Source of the DNA: Spirogloea muscicola
Lineage: Eukaryota
Length of the DNA: 58,018 bases
Assembly: GCA_009602725.1 (NCBI GenBank)
Contig: WELB01000030.1
Span: 405,364 to 463,381 of the forward strand
Reading direction: 5' to 3'
Shown here: one piece after another, positions 50,511 to 58,018 of the stretch
Layout: every line of letters starts with the position of its first letter
How positions within the stretch are numbered: position 1 is the first letter of the stretch
The notes under the pieces: generated by a model
The model's input: only the letters and a program-made list of their open reading frames with translations
Databases searched by the model: none
Told to the model about the DNA's origin: nothing
Program-made: the position numbers and the translations under genes

Positions 50511-52247
50511 ACACAGTCGATCATCACGTCTCACATTCAACAGAGCAGGCGAAGTTGCACTTGCTTGAGTATTAAACCTTGTCCTAACGGCGTCCTTCTG
50601 CCTGGCAGTATGCTCATTGCCAGGCTCCTGTGAGTGACCCCTTTGTAGTTACTTCTGGCTGTCAGTCTGGGGCCCAGAATAGAACCCCTCCACAGAGCTA
50701 TCTTATATTACTCCTTTGTGAAGAGTTCATTGGCCAAGGCTCCGCAGTACTTCCTGATAACCTACACACCTACTTCATCACCTGTATGTAAGGGGTCATT
50801 CGTGAGCTTGACACAACAAGCAGTAAGGATCACATGCGAGGTCGCTTAGACAAGCTCTTGCAGATACACTTTACTAGGTCTCATGACGTGCTTCGACAGT
50901 GCAAACGAGGACTTCAAAAGGAGGTCGTTAATTGCTCCAGCACGTCTGCCATGCTGATTGTGAGCTCATGCCATCACAAGGGCGTGACTGAGGTGTTCGA
51001 GAACCACAACCAGTACAACTTCGCAGTAGGAAAGCAGTCAGCTGAGGTGTGCATGAGCCAGTGAAGGCAGCTCTCGCTCAAGGCACATGTTGCTTGGGTG
51101 GAGCACGAGTACAGATGCCACAGCCGCGGCTAGCTACATTTCCAGCCCGGCAGCCAGATGCCCATGAATGAGCGCGGTGCTTCAAGATGCCGCTTGGAGA
51201 ACGAGGCCACAAGGCCATCCCGCTTGAAATCAGCTGCCAGGACGATCAGGAGGGTGCCCGTTAGCGATGGTGGAGGGTGGTCTGGTCAAGCGGCGTGCCG
51301 CGTCCGGCGCACGTCTGCTCTCTGCCGTCTCCTAGAGCAGATCAGGCCATCGCCGGCCCACTGCACGGCGAGGACTGGGCCTCGACGAGGAACCCGCCAA
51401 TGCTAACACCACAACAGTTCCTTCTAGAGCGACGCCATGGCAGAGGCTAAGGTAGTGGAGGACCTGGCGAGAGCTCACCGATGCGCATTGACGTTGATGA
51501 AGGGCGACTTGTTGCGGTCCTCCGCTGGGGAACCGCCGCCGCGGCGCCGCGAGCCGCGAGTCAGCACGCAGCAAAGCGCGGCGGCGGCGGCGGCGGCGGC
51601 CGCGGCGGCGGAGGCTGCGGCCACTGGCTCGGCTCCGACTCCGGCGGCAGGTTTTTGACGGGGAGGGCAGCAGCAGAGGGCAAATTGACGGCCTTGACGG
51701 CACCTGTTACCGGGCACCCCGTAGCTCTCCGCTAACTTCCCGCTTGGAAGAGGGCTTTTCACCGAGCGACCAGGCGACGACGAACAGGGCAACGGAGCGC
51801 CGTCAGAAAGTGAAATCCTCGATGGAGAGAGGCGCGGGCAGGTCGGCAAGTCGTCAACTTACCTGTCGGTAGCAGTAGAAGGGGGGGCCCCGTCGTTATC
51901 GCCGCCACCACCAGCGCCGAGCGTATCTACTGCTTTCCGCGCTCGGCGCGCAGTTCAGGCCCCATTGGCGGCGCCGACGCTGCAGGCCCTTTTGGCCCAG
52001 CATCCCTGATCTGCGGCTGCTTAGCAGGGGTTACTGAGTGTCTCGTAGCAGCTTTGTTTCTGTTACTTAGCGCTTCCCCTNCGGCGGCCCCGCTGCCGCC
52101 GCCGCGGCGGCCCTGAGGCGGCAGCCGACGGCCACCATGGCCGGCTTCCCCTGCGCAGAGCCGCCGGGTCGCCCGCTTGGCACCGGGCCTGGCCTCCCAC
52201 GATGACTCTTGGCTGCGGACACAATATGGCCCCTCGGACGCGGCGCG

Positions 52248-52314
52248 GGGTTTAGGGACCAATGCCTGTATCTCCTTCCAAAAGGGTTTAGGGACCAACA
52301 CCTGTATCTCCTCC
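52248..52314. repeat. 36-bp direct repeat, each unit starting with GGGTTTAGGG
   Basis: gggtttagggaccaatgcctgtatctccttcc and gggtttagggaccaacacctgtatctcctcc. Confidence 0.85.
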
Positions 52315-54418
52315 TGAGAACAGCCCCAAAATTCTCATGGAGCTTGTTCCTAGTGGGAGCTGTCAATGTCTGGGATGCCGTTGATGCTTGACACTACAGT
52401 GGTCCGCCGACGCGACTGCCTCCATTGGTGCACGTCGGCGTTGTCCGATACTCATCGCAAAGTGCTCGCGTACTTCCACAGTGCAAAACACCGTCCTGAT
52501 GCGACTTCTCTGCCGATTTGCCTCTGCAGCGGCTCCTACGGGCGGTGGCGCTTTTTGCAGCCTCCGTGTTTGTGTTCCGCAACTTTGGTGACCTGATGGC
52601 CATCTGACCTGACGATCGGGGTGGCGACCATGCACCTGTTGCATGCCAGCTACTGAGCATTCAGCTGCGTCGAACCCCTTACGCCGCGCCCGGCTGAACT
52701 TCAGCTTGATTTGCGGGGCACGCAGGTGTGCCATAACGCCTCTTAGCCCTCCTCAAGAGCTCCATGACCTTTTCACCATTCCAGAGGGTAGTTAGTGAAC
52801 GTGTTGTCAACGCTTATAGACAGGAGCTTGTCTGAGACGTATTCATTGCTGTCACCCACTAGCCCTGGGATCCAGCACCTACACAATGCAAGCATCTTGG
52901 CCCGCCTTGTGTGTCTGCTGGCGAACTTTTGGTGCAGCGGCACTGAAAATTTGACCAATCAGCGAGCAGCATTCATGTTGACAGCCAGCTCTATATTTCT
53001 ATGTGAAATCTCAAAGGTGGGTGGATGCATAAGGAATTGGCTGAATGCCATTTATGAGTTGGACAGCGGACTAGTCTCAGATCCTGGGTGTCTGTCTCTT
53101 GCTGCTGTCTAATGATGCTGTCAGGGAGAGCGTCTTGCTGGTCTCATTTATCTTACAGGGGCTCAGTATGTTCTACCAGTCCTGCAATACAATGGCTGAG
53201 CCACTTTTTATTTCAGAGCCGCAGCTCTTCTCACTCTAACGTGCTTGACCACTGTGGAAAGCCCCTAGTGACTTCTCAGCACAATCTGCTGGGGCATTCG
53301 TCCGTGGTACTGCAAGTTGCTGTGCACCTACTTTATGGCGAAGCAGGGCTGCTTCTATCTAGTGCAGGGGGTCGAATGCGGTCATGTAGAAGGACATTGC
53401 GCTGGCGCGTGGCTTCTCTGTACGCCCCTGCACTGGATATATGGTCCGCTCGTAGTTGTCGTCCTCACGCAGCGGGCCTTCTGGGTCGTCGCCACTGCCA
53501 GCCGTCCGCTGCTTCCACGAGGCGCCGTGGCCCTGATATGTGTAGCTGTACTTGTGGCTGCTTGCTTGCTTGTTTTCCTTATCCGACTGCCATCCCTCCA
53601 CACCGCTCCTGCAGATGCATCACGCACAGAGGTACTTCTTGACTGATTCGCAACAGCCAAAGTCTTCGAAAAATCGCAGAAGCCACTGAGCAGTAGAGCA
53701 CCGCATCATCTGCATGGAGGATGCTTTCAGCCAGGATTTTAGATTGTGCACACCTTGTATACTTGCCATCTTGGCCAGGGGAGCGTCTTGGAGGGGAGCG
53801 AAGCGGGCTGGCAGTGACCCGCCGGACTGGCTCTGGTGTCGTACTCCGAGGCGGGCTGCTCCCCCAACATGCAAGAAGTGTGCTTGCAGACCTCAGCTCG
53901 TGCTGCTGGTGCCCTTGCGCGGGTTCGCTACTGACATATTCACATTACATATTCACAATTCATCATAGAATGGCTGCCCCCCCTCAGCTGCACTTCAGAG
54001 CCACATAAAGACGAGCTGCGGATTCAAATGCATTGCTAACCTCGGCCATGGCTGCCCCATGCTTGGCGTCTTGGGCTCTGAACCCCCGCCTGAGAGGTAC
54101 TGGCTGATGTTGCGCGCTTCTGTCGCAGTCCAGCAGCATGCCATCAGCAGACGAGCACACACCAGCATGGTTGGCCACGTCAACTCCAGGTCATTGAGTT
54201 TGGAGGTAGAGGGCTTTTGTCTTGCATTATGCTGACCAAATGAGTGATCTAACCACCGAGTACTCATAAGAGCTCACAAAAGGCAACCGTGAACGAGCAG
54301 AGGGGTTCTGGCTCTAGAGCCACTTGCAAATCGCAGGCCATACTGGCACATGGTGCAATGAGTGTCAAATATGTAAGCAACCGCGGCAAAGAGATTTGCT
54401 ACGAGCAATATGGGCCGA

Positions 54419-57400
54419 CTAAACAATGCCGGCCTCACCTGCCCCTGAGTTGGTGGGCGTCGTAGGGTAGACGCGCGCCGCCTTCACGGCCAGCACGATG
54501 TCCTGCTCATCGTCGTCGCTGCCACCTGACCCTATCCAGCCCTCTGCCTTCGGCGGGCTGCACAACGCAGCGGAGCAGCAACATGAACTCGTCAGGCTTA
54601 CATCCAAACCCTCCTTGCAAGCTCGCTTGGCACGACATGCAGGGCTGCAGGCGCAGAAGCTCGCCGTGTGCTGGAACTGCTGCACCTACCTCGTCGTCTT
54701 CCACGCCACCAGGTTCTTCTTAGCGGACTTCGGGGTTGTGGGTGGTGTGACCTTGGGCGCAGCGCCCCCAACAGGCTGCCGACCACCGAGGAGGGCCTTG
54801 CCGTTGGCGGCTGCTGCTGCAGCAGCAGCGGCGGCGGCGGCGGCGGCAGCAGCAGTGGCGGCGGCGGCGGCGGCCCTCCACTGCTGGGGCTCCTGCATGC
54901 CTGCCAGCTCAGCTTGCCAGTCGGAGTCGTTGCCGCAGCTGCTGCTGTCCGAGAAGAAGCGCGCAGGCTCCAGCAGGCTTCGCGGCGTCGTCGACTGCGC
55001 GTCTCTGCAGCAGCGCACGAAACAGCAGTCAGTCCTAGCAGTCACAATTGTGTCTTGTTGACATTGGCCTGCATTCATTGTGTACTTCTGTCCAGCAGTA
55101 GTTGCTCAATGCTGCGCATTCTGATTAAGGTTCGTCATTGCCCGAAGTACTTCCTGTTGCTGCACCTGTGGTCAATGTCAGCAGATGTTGCACGGCTGCC
55201 TGTGCTCAGGCAGTCATCAGCGTCGACGCCACCGCCACCAGCTCCGCTGCCATCGGAGGCGGCGCCCCAGAGCCCGTGGACAAGCACTGCCTGCTGGGAG
55301 GTCAGCCTGAGAGCGGGCTTGGCGGCCACCCTGGAGGCAGGAGCAGGGCCGTCGGCTACAGCAGACGGCCGTGGGATGCGGAGGCGCGGCAGCGCAGCCT
55401 GCGGGAAGTCGTGCAGCAGGCCAGCGAGCTCCAGTACCGCTTTCTCGCCAACTGATGGCAGCGCCAGTGCCGCCGGCGCCCTCGGTAGCTCCTCAGTGGC
55501 TGGACTTGTGTATGGCTCCGCCAGTGCTGAGCGCACCTGGCATGGTGCACTGTCGGTGGCCTTGGCAACGTCCTCTGGGGCTGGCACCTCCACTGGCCTC
55601 CCAGTGATAGCAGTGGTGGCAGCATTAGGCATCGCTCCAGTCGGCGGATCTGGTGCACCCGGGCTGTCCTGGCCTCGCTCAGAATGGCCGTCCTCGTCAA
55701 TGGCAGGTCCGGCGTCGGATTGCATCGCAGGCTGGTCGTGGACCATCGCAGGTTGGTGATGGCCGAGGCCGCCGGCTGGCGGGTCTGGCAAAGCCGGCTG
55801 CTGCAAGCGTTCGGCAGGCTCTGGCTGCAGGACAGTGTCGGCGGCAGCAGCGTTCTGCTCTATGGACGCAATGACTGCTGCCACCACTGTGACTGCCTCT
55901 ACTGCCTCCCTCGGAGGCGGCGAAGCCTGCTGAGGCGGCGCGTCAGCGCCACTGCCGCTGGCAATGGCGTTGGGGTGGCTGCCGTTGGGCGGGCCTGGCT
56001 GCGAGGACCAGACGAGCGTCCTCCTGGCACTTCTCCTGCCGCCGCCGTTGCTGCCGCTGCCGCCGCCGTCAGCACCGGTGCCCTCGCTCAAGGGCGATGG
56101 CGACGGCGCCGCACTCTGCGGCGGCCGCATGTCCTCAGGCGGCTTGCTGGAGGGGGGGCTGTCCACGAACGGGTCGGCCAGCGCCAGGCTCTCGAACACC
56201 AGCGCCTCTGCCGCCGCCGCCGTCGACCCCGGCGTACGGCGGTAGTATGCCCGTTGGCCTGCCCGACTGGACCGGCTCCCGCCGCTGCCGCCGCTGCCGG
56301 CCACGTCCCTGCCGCCAGAGCCCGGCGCTGTTCCGAGGCCCGCAAGCTGCCGCTGCTGGGCGGGCGACGAGTGCCGCTCGCCTGCTGCGCGGCCTGCTGG
56401 AGCTCGGAAGCACGTCCACAACTTTGTTGCGTCCTCGGCAGTCCCAAGGGCCGTGGCAGCGCGCAGGAGCTCCACACCTGACCGCAGCAATCCCGTTGGC
56501 AGCCCACGGCAAGCCGCTTGCATGGCGCCGCTCGCTGCGGAGCTGCTGTCAAGCAGGCAGGGCCAGTCCACGATTGCCATCCCCACCTCGCCTCCAGCTG
56601 CCGCCTCGACGACGACGGCCACTGCGCCAGGCGGCGGGACATCCCCTTCATTCGTGGCAGCAGTGCAGCTGCTTGGCTGCTCCTTCTTGACATATCCGTT
56701 GTCCTGCACTGCATCTTCTGCATTCCCATGGATCACACTGCCGCAGGCTGTGGCCTTAACATCTTCGGCTGCGCGGACTTCGAGACCGACCTCGCTGTTG
56801 TCGCCTGGCGTGGCCTCGCGCCAATAACTCGGCTCTGTGAAGGCTGGTACCTCCTCGCACTTGCTCAGCGCGTCTTGCAAAGATTCCTGCTCCTGCACCT
56901 CTGCCGCTGCTTCGCCGTCCTTGGCGGGGACGCTGGCCAAGGCTGTGGATGGCACCGCTTGGCTGGCCGTGGGCAGTGGAGTGGCAGCAGCTGCAACGCG
57001 GTCGCTCGAAAGCTCCGCCTTGACTGCCCCTTCGCCCTGCAGTGCATCTTCGATGTCCCCGTGGATCACACCGCCCCAGGCTGCGGCCTTGCCAAGCTCG
57101 GCCCCACGTCCGCCGAGGTCGACTCTTGTGTCGCCGCCTGCCATGTCCTTGAGCCGCTGCGCGGGCTCCATGACGACCGGCGCTTGGAGCACCTCCTCGC
57201 CCTCATTCACTTTGTCTTGGAGCGGTGAGCCGTCATTGGGCAGCAGCCCGAGCTTGCCGCCCAAGCACTGCTCCTTCTTCTCCTCCTGCGCCTCTGCTGC
57301 TGCCTGCGCGTCCTCGGCGGGGCCGCTGGCCGGGGGTGTGGATGGCACCTTCTGCAGGGCCGCGTCGGGATCCGCGTCCGCAGCGAAGCCGTATTCAGGT

Positions 57401-58018
57401 GCACGCTGCTGCGCCGCCACTGCTTGCAAAGCTGCTACCTCGCCCACCACTGCTGCCATGTCCGGCGTTGACGATTCAGTGCAGCCGCTGGCCGCTGCGC
57501 CACCGCGGCAATCATCGTCAAGAGCTTCAGTGCCGGCCTCGTCGCGGCTGTCCTGCTGCTGGGCCACCTCCGCATGCACCACCGCCGCAGAGCAGCGCTG
57601 GCCCTGGCCGTCGTCCTCCTGCCGCTCGGAGCTCTGCACTGCCCATCTGCAATCCTCGAAAGCGGCGTCCGCCGGCACTGTCGGCCGCGCCGCTGCTTGC
57701 TGCAGTGCTTCTTCCCGCTGCACTTCCGCCTCGAGCACTGCAGCGCTGCCGCTGTGTTGCACTGCTGGTGTCGGCAGGAGGCTCTTCGCCAGCGCTGTCT
57801 CCTGGGGCCACTCCGAGCTGCCCCGTGCGAGCTTGCTGGACAGACCTCCCATGGCCGCCACATCGCTGGCGCACCTCGGCTCTCCGCCGTCGGCTGCAGG
57901 CGCCGCCACGGCTTTCCCGAGCGGGCGCGGCGAGCCATGGCCGGGGCGGTTGTCGCTGAATTCCCACGACGCCGGCGGCGGGGCCGGCGGCGGCGTGCCG
58001 CGCGCCGCCGCCGGCCTC
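54419..58018 (-). CDS. Large low-complexity (Ala/Pro/Glu/Ser) protein, 5'-partial, with an internal repeat
   Basis: A 924-aa ORF (55135-57909) appears to stay open toward the window edge. Plausible downstream GT-AG exons end in ...DDDEQDIVLAVKAARVYPTTPTNSGAGEAGIV*. No domain was recognised. Confidence 0.65.

Overview
This is intron-rich, GC-rich eukaryotic nuclear DNA with about ten N-gaps. The gene set and protein similarities point to a green plant lineage, most likely a streptophyte alga (inference). About 14 spliced genes can be reconstructed: an RSH2/3-type ppGpp synthase/hydrolase, a rhodanese-domain protein, an RHF2A-like RING-H2 E3 ligase, a coiled-coil protein, a YciI-like protein, a leishmanolysin-like M8 peptidase, a pseudouridine-5'-phosphate glycosidase, a small INO80E/TFPT-like coiled-coil protein, an RBM7-like RRM protein, a divergent and a canonical 14-3-3, a complex I KFYI/NDUFC1-like subunit, the riboflavin deaminase PyrD, and a long low-complexity protein running off the right edge. 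The most unusual structure is intergenic. Three clusters contain 5'-truncated fragments of CRE-like non-LTR retrotransposons (restriction-like endonuclease type), repeatedly arranged as opposite-strand pairs with 3' ends pointing outwards. An unexplained hairpin mini-element of about 70 bp often sits at the junction and occurs about 18 times in the window. Also notable are an AT-AC (U12-type) intron in the pseudouridine glycosidase gene, two GC-AG introns and degenerate telomeric arrays in introns. Gene models were read by eye, family assignments come from recalled motifs rather than database searches, and several gene ends are uncertain.
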